Source: an uncultured delta proteobacterium (GTDB taxonomy: Bacteria > Myxococcota_A > Polyangia > Fen-1088). Taken from it: a stretch of 64,000 bases of DNA. A model generated the notes under the pieces. That model did not search any database, was not told the origin of the DNA, and worked only from the letters and a program-made list of their open reading frames with translations. The stretch is taken from contig CAVWIP010000002.1 in the NCBI GenBank assembly GCA_963755125.1, positions 64,001 to 128,000 on the forward strand, read 5' to 3'. Within the stretch, counting starts at the first letter, position 1, and every line of letters begins with the position of its first letter. The position numbers and the translations under genes were made by a program. Below, piece after piece: positions 19,960 to 30,123 of the stretch.

Positions 19960-20149
19960 ATCAGCAACGTGCGCTGGCGATGGGCGTGGATCCTTAGAAG
20001 TTGCCGGGGGCCCCGAGATGTTGCCCAACCGCGTTGAGAATGCTATGGGCGACAGGGCTCGTTGCAAGCAGGCGCGCGACGCGTACCTCGCCCGCTATCC
20101 CCGCGGCGTGCACGTCACCGTGGTCAACGCCCGGTGCGGCGGTTCGTAG
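19960..20149 (+). pseudogene. C-terminal remnant of a TPR-like helical protein
   Basis: ARCKQARDAYLARYPRGVH resembles the YL..YP.G TPR-cap motif; no credible N-terminus. Confidence 0.4.
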
Positions 20150-20301
20150 CCGGGCTTCCCGTCCGCGCAAAGACAATCTGCAAGACCAATCGAACCGACG
20201 GGCCAGTAGACGGAGCAATCTGCTCAACCCCTGGCGCGCGTCGAATCTTGTGCGAAGAAACGCTTTCCAGGTAAAAAGGGACGCCGTAATTTGGCCCCTT
20301 C

Positions 20302-21315
20302 ATGCTGAAGCACCTCATCGCCAGACTGATGGTCAGCCGCAGCAAAAGCCGTCAGCATCCCATCGAGTATCTCGAACAGAAGCACGTGAACCTCGACGAG
20401 CCCTACCCCAACGACAGCTCCTATTTTTACGGCAGCGACAAGGCGGGGAATGCTTTCATCACCCGCATGGCTTTCCGCGGCCCGAACCGCCCCCACGAGT
20501 GCTGGTTCGATTTTCGTCTTGCGGGAATTGGTTCCTTTGGCATCAAGGACGATCCCGGCCCCGACGGCGCCGGCTTCCAGATGGGCGGGTTGCAATGGGT
20601 TTGCGTGGAGGTCGGGAAGAAATGGCGGGTCAGCTACCAGGGGCCGGTGACGGATGCGCAAGGCCAGCCGCACGCCTGCAAGACGGATCTGCTCTTTACC
20701 GGGGAGCATCCCGTCTACGACTACGCCAGAAGCTCCGACCGGAACCTCATCGCCAAGGCCATAGCCTCGGAGAAGTGGACAAGGGATTTTTTTCACGCGA
20801 TGAAAGACACCCACCAGGTCCATTACGAACAGACCGGTGCCTTCGCCGGGAGCATCGAACTCGACGGCCGACGCCATGACCTGAACCTGAGGGCGTCGCG
20901 CGACCACTCCTTCGGCTCGCGCAACTGGCTGACGTGGGACCGCCACTACTGGTTCACCGGCATCGCGGACGACGGCCACCACTTCACGGTCACCACCATC
21001 AAATGGCAATTTCTCGGACGGTTGACCGCTGGTTTCATCACCGGGGCCGACGGTGTGACCGATGCCATCGTGGACACCACCGATCTGGAAACCATCCACC
21101 GCGACGGACTAAAGCCCGATCAGGGCACGATCGAGATCATCGCCCGCAGCGGGAAGAAGCACATCCTGGAATTCCACCGGCACGGGGAATTCGCCTATCT
21201 GCATGACGGGAAGTACATGATGCGCGAAGGGATCGCCAGCTATCGGTTCAACGGCGTTGACGGCCTCGGCATGGCCGAATATGGATTTCATGCCGACCTC
21301 TATCGGGTCGACTGA
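20302..21315 (+). CDS. Hypothetical protein (lipocalin/tocopherol-cyclase-like) paired with the PEP-utilising enzyme
   Basis: DSSYFYG, HYEQTG, RDHSFG.RNW motifs; 3 bp from the next gene. Confidence 0.75.
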   Translation: MLKHLIARLMVSRSKSRQHPIEYLEQKHVNLDEPYPNDSSYFYGSDKAGNAFITRMAFRGPNRPHECWFDFRLAGIGSFGIKDDPGPDGAGFQMGGLQWVCVEVGKKWRVSYQGPVTDAQGQPHACKTDLLFTGEHPVYDYARSSDRNLIAKAIASEKWTRDFFHAMKDTHQVHYEQTGAFAGSIELDGRRHDLNLRASRDHSFGSRNWLTWDRHYWFTGIADDGHHFTVTTIKWQFLGRLTAGFITGADGVTDAIVDTTDLETIHRDGLKPDQGTIEIIARSGKKHILEFHRHGEFAYLHDGKYMMREGIASYRFNGVDGLGMAEYGFHADLYRVD

Positions 21316-21318
21316 GTC

Positions 21319-23715
21319 TTGTTCCACTTCATACGCGACGTGGGGGACCTGCCTGCGGGTGGCAAAGCCCGCGGGTTGAAAGTCCTGCATCGACTCGGGC
21401 TCCGGGTTCCCGAGTCGTTCGTGATCATCCAGCCTGACGGGCAGGAACTACCGGAAGACGTTCTGGCAACCCACCTTCGCGCTCTGGGCGACGGACCCAA
21501 GGCGGTGCGCTCCTCTGCGGTGAGCGAGGACGGCTTGCACGCCTCTTTCGCCGGCCAGTTTGCATCCTATCTGAACGTCAGTGGCATCGAAGCAGTGAAG
21601 GCGGCCATCCACAAGTGCGCTACCTCTGGCAGCGCTGACAGGGTCTCCTTGTATGCCAAAGAAATCCACGACCGCGCTGACACCCGCGTCTCGGTCATCG
21701 TGCAGAACATGGTGCAGGCCGCGAGGGCGGGGGTCATTTTCAGCGCCGATCCGGTGAGCAACCGTCGGGACAAGATGGTGATCAGCGCCGCGGCCGGTGC
21801 CGGCGATGTTCTGGTCAGCGGCAAGAAGGATGCCGTCCAGTATCGACTGTTCAACAGCGGCAAGAACATCGCTTCACAGATCGCCAGGAACGGCGATCTG
21901 CTGTCCGCAGCGCAGGTGCGGGAACTGATGGCCGGGGCCAGACAGGCGGAGAAGGCATACGGTCACCCGGTTGATCTCGAGTGGGTGATCGACAGCGCGG
22001 GCACAATCCACTGGTTGCAGGTGCGGCCGATCACGACCCTGGATGACGTGCATTTCAACGAGCTCGACGACGTGAAGCAGGAGAGCAGCGACGTTTGGTC
22101 GCTGGGAAACATCGGCGAGATGATGCCGGGGGTTGTCACCCCGCTCACCTACTCGGTCTGCGGCCGGGCCATCGATATCGGACTCGGCACCCTGGCCGCG
22201 CGCTCCGGCGTGATCCCGATGCAGGACATCAGGAAATGGCGCTCGCTTGAGCTGTTCTACAACCGGCTCTTCTTCAACATGAGCCGCTACATGGCCTATG
22301 TGCAGCGGCTGGCGCTGAACAAGAAGGAGAACGTCCTCATCTCACTGAGCGCCACCGATGTGCCCGAACTGAGGGTGGGGAAGTTGGATCCAGTCGTGCT
22401 CCGGTGCCTGCGTTTTCTCAAGCAGATCACCACCATCCAGTTTGCGGGCCGGAGCGTGAAGAAGCTGCGCAGGCTGGAACAGGGTCTTCACCTGGAGATG
22501 ACCGGCGACCTCCACAAGGACTACCAAACCCTCGACTTCGCCTTCGAGCGGTTGGTGGATGCTTTTTGCTTTCATCTCCTTGGCTCGGCGCAATCGGGCT
22601 TCTACTACTCGATTCTCATAGGTATCGTGACCGGCAACAAACGGCGTCCCCAGGCGCGCGACCACGCCCTGGCTGCGCACCTTCTCGCCGACAACCCCGC
22701 CATCGAAAGCGCCGACGCGGTAAAATCGCTCGAACGGTTCGCCGAGCAGGTGCGCGGTGCTGCCGCACTTGCTGAGCAGCTATCGTCCGTGACCCCGTCC
22801 GCGGCACTGAACTTGATCCAGGAACATGCCCCGACCCATGTTCGGGACAGCTACCAGGCGTTCTTGCAGCGGCACGGCCACCGCTGCGTACGAGAGGCGG
22901 AGTTGCGAGAGAAGCCCTGGGAAGAAGACCAGGAGCAGCTGGTCTCCATGATCCAGACTTCGCTGAGAGCCAGACCGCAGGCAAGGAGCAAGCGTGACGA
23001 TGCCGACCAGCTTCGTCTGCTCATGAAGCAACAGCTCACGGTCACACAGCGCCTCTTCATCAAGCTGTTCAGCAGAGCCGCACGCAAGGCCGTTGCCAAT
23101 CGCGAAATGACCAAGGCACTATCCATGAGGATAGTCAACCGAACCCGCAAAGCCTACCGGAGCTATGCCACGACGCTGGTGCAACACGGCCTTCTCGACG
23201 ACACCGACCAGATCTACTTTCTCACCCCGGAGGAGATCGGGCGGCTCATCGAGGACCACAACCCTGCCTGGAAGGTGAAGGCCAACAAGCGCCGGATTCA
23301 GCTCCCGGAGACCGCGAAGCTGCAATTTCCTTTGATGAACGTGGGAATCCCCGAGCCACTCGAAGAGGAAGAGCCGGTCAGCATCGCCGGCAACCAGATC
23401 AGGGGCATTCCCGTCAGCCGCGGTGTCGTCAGGGCCCGCGCCCGCATCGTCAACAGCATCGCTGAAGCGGCCGCGCTACAACAGGGCGAGATCATGGTGG
23501 TGTCATTCACCGACATCGGCTGGACCCCTTACTTCAGCGTGATTGGGGGGCTCATTACCGAGATCGGCAGTCCGCTGTCCCACGGGGCTGTGGTGGCGCG
23601 CGAGTACGGCATCCCCGCCGTGGTCTCTGCCAAGGGTGCCCGCCAGTTCATCAAGACCGGGGACATGGTGGCGCTGGATGGGACGAGCGGGACGGTGGAA
23701 CTGGCGGGAGGGTAG
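21319..23715 (+). CDS. PEP synthase-like phosphotransferase (rifampin phosphotransferase/PigC domain order)
   Basis: GGKA, AVRSSA..ED...SFAGQF, DLEW, LQVRPIT ATP-grasp; C-terminal TDIGWTP...LSHGAVVAREYGIP phospho-His domain. Confidence 0.9.
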   Translation: MFHFIRDVGDLPAGGKARGLKVLHRLGLRVPESFVIIQPDGQELPEDVLATHLRALGDGPKAVRSSAVSEDGLHASFAGQFASYLNVSGIEAVKAAIHKCATSGSADRVSLYAKEIHDRADTRVSVIVQNMVQAARAGVIFSADPVSNRRDKMVISAAAGAGDVLVSGKKDAVQYRLFNSGKNIASQIARNGDLLSAAQVRELMAGARQAEKAYGHPVDLEWVIDSAGTIHWLQVRPITTLDDVHFNELDDVKQESSDVWSLGNIGEMMPGVVTPLTYSVCGRAIDIGLGTLAARSGVIPMQDIRKWRSLELFYNRLFFNMSRYMAYVQRLALNKKENVLISLSATDVPELRVGKLDPVVLRCLRFLKQITTIQFAGRSVKKLRRLEQGLHLEMTGDLHKDYQTLDFAFERLVDAFCFHLLGSAQSGFYYSILIGIVTGNKRRPQARDHALAAHLLADNPAIESADAVKSLERFAEQVRGAAALAEQLSSVTPSAALNLIQEHAPTHVRDSYQAFLQRHGHRCVREAELREKPWEEDQEQLVSMIQTSLRARPQARSKRDDADQLRLLMKQQLTVTQRLFIKLFSRAARKAVANREMTKALSMRIVNRTRKAYRSYATTLVQHGLLDDTDQIYFLTPEEIGRLIEDHNPAWKVKANKRRIQLPETAKLQFPLMNVGIPEPLEEEEPVSIAGNQIRGIPVSRGVVRARARIVNSIAEAAALQQGEIMVVSFTDIGWTPYFSVIGGLITEIGSPLSHGAVVAREYGIPAVVSAKGARQFIKTGDMVALDGTSGTVELAGG

Positions 23716-23851
23716 TGTTCTTCGCCAGGCGATCACCGTTGCGTGTCGATTGCCACGGCTCCACCCGAAGGTGGCATTGAGGCAAACCCGTGGCAATCGC
23801 GTGCGCATCGACAACCTGATACGCTGGCTGACCCCGACCGATGGAGGATCC

Positions 23852-26800
23852 ATGACACGCCATCGCCCGATTCCGTTCTTTGGCTGCGCTGGACTGGTGC
23901 TCGCCGTGGCAGCAGGTCTAAGCTCCTATGCCGGAGAGAGCCCGGCGGCGTCCGGATGTGACACCGCCGATCTGCTCGCGGGTCGGATGCCGTCCGCCCA
24001 CGCCGACATCCACGGCAACGTGGCACTGGTCACCGACGGCGCAGTTGCTTCCGAGGGCGCGCCGTGGGACGCGCCCGCTGCTGTCAAGCTGGCAAGCCAC
24101 GCTGCCTCGATAACCTATGACCTGGGCGGGCCGCGCAAGGTGAGCGCGCTCTATGTGCAAGCCGACGCCAACGACACCTACAAGATCGCCGGATCGAGCG
24201 ACGGGCAGCCGGGCAGCTTCCGGGTGCTGGCGGAGGTTGCGAACGTGGTCGACCGGGGCCACGGCCTGCGCGTGCGCTCGGTCCAGATCGAACCGGTGAC
24301 CGTGCGCTACCTGCGCCTGGGCGATCCGGAGGGCGACGGCTTCTTCTCGGTTTCCGAGTTCGCTGCGTATTGCCTGGCCCCGACACCCTTCCCACCGGTC
24401 ATGCGAGTCGGCGATGCGGCCCCTGCCACCGGCCCGCAGCCCGCCGGGGAGGCGGGAATCGCGGAGCCCGCGACGCGCGCCCCGATTGGCTGGATCGAGA
24501 TCGTGCTCGGCGTGGCGATCGTGTCGCTGGCCGGCGTGCGAATGGCCCGACGCCGCAAGGGCGCAAGGACGGCTGCGAGCAGTGCGGAGGGACAGCCCTT
24601 TGCGCTTCTCCTGATGCTGTTCGTGGGCAGCGGATGTGCAGCGCTTATCTACGAGATCGTCTGGTTTCAGATGTTGCAGCTCGTGCTCGGATCTTCGGCG
24701 GTTTCCATCGCGGTGCTGCTGGGAACCTTCATGGGCGGAATGTGCCTGGGTAGCCTAGGGCTTGCACGCTTCGTCTCGCGCCAGCGGCACCCCTTGCGGG
24801 TGTACGCCATTCTCGAAATGGGGATCGGCATTTCCGGGATGCTGATGCTGGGGGCGGTGCCTCTGGTCGAGGTCGCCTATACGGCGGTGGTCGGGCACGG
24901 CGTCCCGGGACTGCTCCTGCGCGGCCTGTTCGCGGCGTTCTGTCTATTGCCTCCGACGGTGATGATGGGGGCGACGCTGCCTGCGGTTTCCCGCTGGGTG
25001 GAGATGAGCCGGCGCGGCGTCTCGTGGCTCGGGACCTTCTATGGCGGCAACACCCTTGGGGCTGTGTTCGGCTGTCTGCTCGCGGGCTTCTACCTGCTCC
25101 GGGTTCACGACATGCACACCGCAACCTACGTTGCCGTCGCTTTGAACGCGGCGGTGGCCGCCGGAGCGTTCGCGCTCGCGCGCATCCGTCCCGGGGTGGT
25201 ACCGCGCGAGCGCAGCCACGACCTTGTCGACGCTGCGGTGCCAGGCCCAGGCGCGCCGGCCTGGATCATCTACCTCGCGATCGGGCTTTCAGGGATGAGC
25301 GCGCTCGGCGCAGAGGTGATCTGGACGCGGCTGTTCGGGCTGCTGCTGAGCCACACCACGTACACCTTCTCGATCATCTTGGCGGTGTTCTTGATCGGAA
25401 TCGGGCTGGGCAGCGGTGTCGGCTCGTCGCTGGCGCGCCGGACGCCCGATGCGCGGCGTGCGCTCGGCCTGGCGCAGCTCGCGCTGGTCGTCGCGATCGC
25501 TTGGGCGTCGTGGAACATCACCAGCTTGCTGCCGTACTGGCCTGTCAATCCGCGGCTGGCGGCCACCCCCTGGAGCCAGTTCCAGATCGATCTGGTCCGC
25601 TGCCTGTGGGCCATCCTGCCCGCTGCCTGCCTTTGGGGGGCCAGCTTTCCGCTGGCGCTGGCGGCGGTCGCGTCCAAGGGAAGTGATGGGGGCGCGGTGG
25701 TGGGCCGGGTCTACGCCGCCAACACGGTGGGCGCCATCATCGGGGCGCTGGGCACCAGCCTGGTGGTGATTGCCTCGGTCGGGACGCAGAACGGCGAGCG
25801 AATCCTGATTGCGATTTCGGCCCTGGCCGCCGCCGTGACCCTGGTTCCGGTGCGGGTGTTCGATCCTGCGGCGCCGCGGTTGACGACTCGAAGTGCAATC
25901 TGGACCTTGTCCATTGTCGCGCTGGCCGTGCTGCTGGGGCGCAACGTGATCGCGGTTCCGCCGCTGCTGGTGGCGCACGGCCGCTTTTCGGCGGTCGAGC
26001 GAACCACGAAAGAGACATTTCTCTATGTCGGAGAGGGGATGAATTCGTCCCCGGCGGTCTCAAGGGACCTGAACGGAATCATCAGCTACGCCAACGCTGG
26101 CAAGGTCCAGGCGTCCACGCTTCCCCAGGACATGCGGCTGCAGCGCATGCTCGGGCATTTCACGACGTTGGTCCCTGCGGAGCCGCGCAATGTCCTGGTG
26201 ATCGCCTGCGGGGCGGGTGTCACGGCCGGCGCGGCCAGCATCGATCCCCGGGTCGAGCACCTGACCATTGCGGAGATCGAGCCGCTGGTCCCGGGAGTAG
26301 CTGCGAAGTACTTCGGCAACCACAACCAGCACGTGATTGACAATCCCAAGGTGCACGTCGAAGTGGACGACGCGCGGCACTTCCTCACCACGACCAGGCA
26401 GAAGTTCGACGCCATCACTTCGGACCCGTTCGATCCCTGGGTCAAAGGCGCCGCCAATCTCTACACGCGCGAGTTTTGGGAGCTGGCCAAACGGCACCTC
26501 AATCCAGGCGGTGTGGTGACAGTGTTCGTGCAGCTCTATGACAGCGGCATGGCGGCGGTGAAGAGCGAGGTCGCGACCTTCTTCGAGGCGTTTCCCAACG
26601 GGACCATCTGGGGCAACACGGTCCAGGGACAAGGCTACGACGTCGTGCTGCTGGGGCAGGTGGAGCCGACCCGCATCGACGTCGACGCGATGGAGGGCCG
26701 CCTGCAGACCCCGGAGTTCCTCCCGGTCGTGCAGTCGTTGCGCCAGATCGGCTTCGACTCAGCCGTCGCGCTGCTCTCCACCTACGGTGGGCGGGCCGCC

Positions 26801-27010
26801 GAGATCGTGCCCTGGCTGAGGGACGCCGAGATCAACCGCGACGACAACCTGCGCCTGCAATTCCTGGCGGGATTCGGCATGAACGTCGATCAGCGCGCGG
26901 AGATCTATCGGGGCGTGCTTGCGCTCAGGCATTTCCCTGAAGACCTGTTCATTGGCTCGGCCGGCAATCTAAACGCATTGCGCGCCGCGATCGTGGCCGG
27001 CGCGCAATGA
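23852..27010 (+). CDS. Fused extracellular discoidin-like domain, multi-TM region and spermidine synthase-like SAM-binding domain
   Basis: SGCAALIYEIVW TM repeats, VLVIACGAGVT, AEIEP, DDARHF, DAITSDP, LYTREF; GGAGG RBS before ATG 23852. Confidence 0.85.
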   Translation: MTRHRPIPFFGCAGLVLAVAAGLSSYAGESPAASGCDTADLLAGRMPSAHADIHGNVALVTDGAVASEGAPWDAPAAVKLASHAASITYDLGGPRKVSALYVQADANDTYKIAGSSDGQPGSFRVLAEVANVVDRGHGLRVRSVQIEPVTVRYLRLGDPEGDGFFSVSEFAAYCLAPTPFPPVMRVGDAAPATGPQPAGEAGIAEPATRAPIGWIEIVLGVAIVSLAGVRMARRRKGARTAASSAEGQPFALLLMLFVGSGCAALIYEIVWFQMLQLVLGSSAVSIAVLLGTFMGGMCLGSLGLARFVSRQRHPLRVYAILEMGIGISGMLMLGAVPLVEVAYTAVVGHGVPGLLLRGLFAAFCLLPPTVMMGATLPAVSRWVEMSRRGVSWLGTFYGGNTLGAVFGCLLAGFYLLRVHDMHTATYVAVALNAAVAAGAFALARIRPGVVPRERSHDLVDAAVPGPGAPAWIIYLAIGLSGMSALGAEVIWTRLFGLLLSHTTYTFSIILAVFLIGIGLGSGVGSSLARRTPDARRALGLAQLALVVAIAWASWNITSLLPYWPVNPRLAATPWSQFQIDLVRCLWAILPAACLWGASFPLALAAVASKGSDGGAVVGRVYAANTVGAIIGALGTSLVVIASVGTQNGERILIAISALAAAVTLVPVRVFDPAAPRLTTRSAIWTLSIVALAVLLGRNVIAVPPLLVAHGRFSAVERTTKETFLYVGEGMNSSPAVSRDLNGIISYANAGKVQASTLPQDMRLQRMLGHFTTLVPAEPRNVLVIACGAGVTAGAASIDPRVEHLTIAEIEPLVPGVAAKYFGNHNQHVIDNPKVHVEVDDARHFLTTTRQKFDAITSDPFDPWVKGAANLYTREFWELAKRHLNPGGVVTVFVQLYDSGMAAVKSEVATFFEAFPNGTIWGNTVQGQGYDVVLLGQVEPTRIDVDAMEGRLQTPEFLPVVQSLRQIGFDSAVALLSTYGGRAAEIVPWLRDAEINRDDNLRLQFLAGFGMNVDQRAEIYRGVLALRHFPEDLFIGSAGNLNALRAAIVAGAQ

Positions 27011-27060
27011 CGTGCTTCTCGGCGGCGCCTCGCCAGGAACCGTCGAGTCTGTTCACCCGA

Positions 27061-29694
27061 TCAGTCGCAGGTTCCTGAGCACGGCAACCAGGTGCCCGCG
27101 CTGGCCGTCACGCTCGCGCTGCCCGCTGTGAGCCCAGTCGCCGAGGCCGTCACCGTGATGGTGCCAGCGCCGGTCGCCTGGACGATCGCATAGGCCACGC
27201 CGTTGTAGGCGTTCCGAGTCCATGGTGGGCCGCGGAACGATTCCATGCCCATGCTGTCGCTGTCCACCGCGATGATGTTGCCTGGACCCGAGATGGTGAA
27301 GGTGATCGGAGTGGCTGCGCTGCCGGATATAGCCGCCATGAAGAAGACGCAGTCGTTATTGTCGGCAACCAGCGTGGTGTGATCGGGCGTGAGAGTCACC
27401 TTGCCAGCCACCGCTCCCGAGTTAAACGTGGTCTTGGTTGCGCCCCAAGTACCCTGCCAGGTGTTGCCGGTACCGCTGATGACCCCGAGTGAACTCATGA
27501 GGCCCCCACCGCCTCCGATCTTGGTAGTTTGCCCATCGACTTCACCCAGATACGACACGCCCGTCCAAAGGAATATGCCCGTCAGTCCAGTGTTGCCATC
27601 GACCGTGGTCCAGTCTGCCGTCGCGTTGGTGCCGTCCTCGGTTACCATGCTGGACTTGGTGGCCGTACTTCCCTCCATCTGCGTGCAGACCGCGGCGTTG
27701 TAATTCGTGCCCCACACGTCAAGCAGACTGGCTGTTTGTGCGGTGGAGGCCGTGTCGCCAGCCGTGCTCGGGTCAAGCAGAGCCTGGGTGATGTAGCGTG
27801 AGGGATCGAGCGCATGAGCGATATTGTGCATCTCGGTCAGAATCGGAGTTCGTGAAGCGAGCGAATCGTGGATCTCGTTGCCCACGCTGTACAGGGCCAC
27901 GCTCGGGTGGTTGCGATCCCGCATGATATACCCGGTGAAATCCACCTCCCACCACTTCGCGCTGGTGGCTGCCGCGGGTAGCGCGGGCATTCCGGTCGGG
28001 GTCGTCGAGGCCTTGTTGAAGTACATCGAGTAGTCGCCCTTATCCTCGTACTTCATATTGCTCCAGACGTCGGTGAACTCGTCCAGCACGAGCATTCCCA
28101 TTCGGTCCGTCAGATCGAGGAAATCCGGGCTGGGTGGATCGTGCGCCGTACGCCAAGCGTTCGACCCGGTGGTCTTGAGCCCCGCGATGCGCCTCTGCAT
28201 TGCCCGCGCCGGCGCGGCCAGTCCGAGCCCGTGATAGTCCTGATGGTTAGCGGTGCCTGCGAGCTTCACGCTCTTACCATTGAGCGTCAGGCCGTTGTTG
28301 AATATGAGGCTGCGGATCCCGAACGGCGTCACATCGTCGTCGACAGTGGTGCCGCCAACCTGGACGTTGGTCAACAGCGAGTACATGTTGGGGTTCTCTA
28401 GATCCCATAGCTTGGGATTCGCCACAGTCACATCGAAGGTGAAGCTGGCCGATGCGCCCCCGGCGATGGTCTGGGCAGCGGCCGAAACCGGCGTGAGCGC
28501 CGTGCCATCCGGGCCGCTGACGATGCCCTGCACCGTCACGCTCTGAGACGTCGTGCCGCTGTTGACCACTGAGGTCTGAACGTGGACGGTCGCCGACGTG
28601 GTTGTCGGCGACGGCGTCTGCACATAGGTGGCCCACTGGTCAACGTGCACGGGATTAGTCGCGAGCAGGCGGACATGGCGGTAGATGCCGGCGCCAGCGT
28701 AAAAGCGCTCAGCCGGCTGAGTTGATGTGTCGCACTTTACCGCAATTACGTTGTCGGTGGTCCCGTCAGCTTTGACATTCGCCGTGATGTCGTAGCGGAA
28801 GGTCACGTAGCCGTAGGGATGGTTCCCGATCTGAGTGCCATTGACGTAGACGGTGCTGTTCCCCATCACGGCGTCGAACTCAACGTAAATCTTGTCACCC
28901 GATAGGGATTGCGGAAGCGTGAAGTGTTTGCGGTACCAGGCAATTCCCGAAGCCACCCATGCGCCTCTGCCCGTGGTCGCGGCCGTTGCTGAGAAGGGAT
29001 TGGCGGGAGGGTTGGTCCCCTCGATGGCCCAGTCGTGCGGGACGCTGAGTGAGCGCCACGTGGTGTCCGCGAACGTCGTGGTATCCGCCCCGGTCGCATC
29101 GCCGGCATTGAACAGCCAGCTCGCGTCGAAGGGCATGATCTGTCGAACCCGGTTTCCGATAACTGGAGGAGGATTCGGGCCAGCTCCTCCGGTGGGCGAC
29201 CCGCCGGTGACTGTGGCGCCGCCAAGGGGTGTGCTGCCGCCAGGGGCCGTCGCGCCGCCAGGGGCAGTGGTGCCGCCTCGTGCGCCACCAGTTCGAGGAG
29301 TTCCGCCCGCGCCAGCGACACCGCCGGCTCCGCCAACTCCGCCTGCGCCAGCAATTCCGCCTGTCACGGTGTTTCCGCCGACTGGTGTCGTGCCGCTGGC
29401 GCCGCCCGGGGCAGTGGCGCCGCCTCCGGGGGCAGTGGTGCCTCCCGTAACAACGCCGCCGCTGGAGCCCCCGACTGGGGGAACTGGATTGGTGGAGCTG
29501 CCGGTTTGAGTTTGTCCACCTGCGCTGGTCGTGCTGCCCGGATTGGTCGTATTGCCGCCTCCAGCGCCAGCTCCGCCGGCCGTCGCGCCTCCGCTGCTCT
29601 TGCCTGACGTGTTGCTTCCGCCGCAGCCAGTCGCCAGAGGCGAGGCGGCGAGCAGCACTAGAACCAGAAGACGTGGCTTGGGAATCATGTTCAT
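27061..29694 (-). CDS. GH2 (beta-galactosidase-like) lipoprotein with Gly/Thr linker
   Basis: VPHDWAIE, WYRKHF, GIYRHV, FGIR, RTAH.PP, RDRNHPSV..YSVGNE; lipobox ATGC. Confidence 0.9.
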   Translation of the reverse strand: MNMIPKPRLLVLVLLAASPLATGCGGSNTSGKSSGGATAGGAGAGGGNTTNPGSTTSAGGQTQTGSSTNPVPPVGGSSGGVVTGGTTAPGGGATAPGGASGTTPVGGNTVTGGIAGAGGVGGAGGVAGAGGTPRTGGARGGTTAPGGATAPGGSTPLGGATVTGGSPTGGAGPNPPPVIGNRVRQIMPFDASWLFNAGDATGADTTTFADTTWRSLSVPHDWAIEGTNPPANPFSATAATTGRGAWVASGIAWYRKHFTLPQSLSGDKIYVEFDAVMGNSTVYVNGTQIGNHPYGYVTFRYDITANVKADGTTDNVIAVKCDTSTQPAERFYAGAGIYRHVRLLATNPVHVDQWATYVQTPSPTTTSATVHVQTSVVNSGTTSQSVTVQGIVSGPDGTALTPVSAAAQTIAGGASASFTFDVTVANPKLWDLENPNMYSLLTNVQVGGTTVDDDVTPFGIRSLIFNNGLTLNGKSVKLAGTANHQDYHGLGLAAPARAMQRRIAGLKTTGSNAWRTAHDPPSPDFLDLTDRMGMLVLDEFTDVWSNMKYEDKGDYSMYFNKASTTPTGMPALPAAATSAKWWEVDFTGYIMRDRNHPSVALYSVGNEIHDSLASRTPILTEMHNIAHALDPSRYITQALLDPSTAGDTASTAQTASLLDVWGTNYNAAVCTQMEGSTATKSSMVTEDGTNATADWTTVDGNTGLTGIFLWTGVSYLGEVDGQTTKIGGGGGLMSSLGVISGTGNTWQGTWGATKTTFNSGAVAGKVTLTPDHTTLVADNNDCVFFMAAISGSAATPITFTISGPGNIIAVDSDSMGMESFRGPPWTRNAYNGVAYAIVQATGAGTITVTASATGLTAGSASVTASAGTWLPCSGTCD

Positions 29695-29906
29695 GGCTTC
29701 TCCCCAGGGTGATACGGAACTTCTATTCAGAAAGCAGTGAAGTGCCTTCGTTATACGGCTCAACTAATTCGGGTGGACGATGGAGTATATCCCCTCGACG
29801 CTGGAAGCGATGGTCCAGACCAGGGATTGCTGCAGGCATCCTCAATCCTGACAGAGCGAGAGGTGGCCGATCTGTCGTTGGTGGGGAAATGTGTGACATT
29901 TCGACC

Positions 29907-30025
29907 GTGACGCGGGATCGATTTTGAATGGTTAGCCTCGCATGTGAACCGCTGGTACTATCTGCGACGAGCATTTCCGGGTTTGGGTGCATGACGTCGT
30001 CGGGTGGAGTCCGGATAGCCCGACC
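29907..30025 (+). repeat. Degenerate copy of the island right end plus tRNA-Pro 3' fragment (relict att)
   Basis: 16-bp exact match gtgacgcgggatcgat with 14156-14171; 29982-30025 matches 14232-14275 at 34/44; spacing 75 vs 76 bp. Confidence 0.8.
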
Positions 30026-30123
30026 GAGACGAGTTCGCGATTGGACAAGCTTCACCCACAGGTACAGCTGCGGAGCCGCGTTGCGAGATATCCGTACCGC
30101 GATCGGCCGTTCTCGATTTCTGG

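Noticed and set aside
21319..23715. Calling this gene ppsA or a rifampin resistance gene
   Set aside because: It lacks the PEP-binding barrel of PpsA, and rifampin specificity cannot be read from the sequence.
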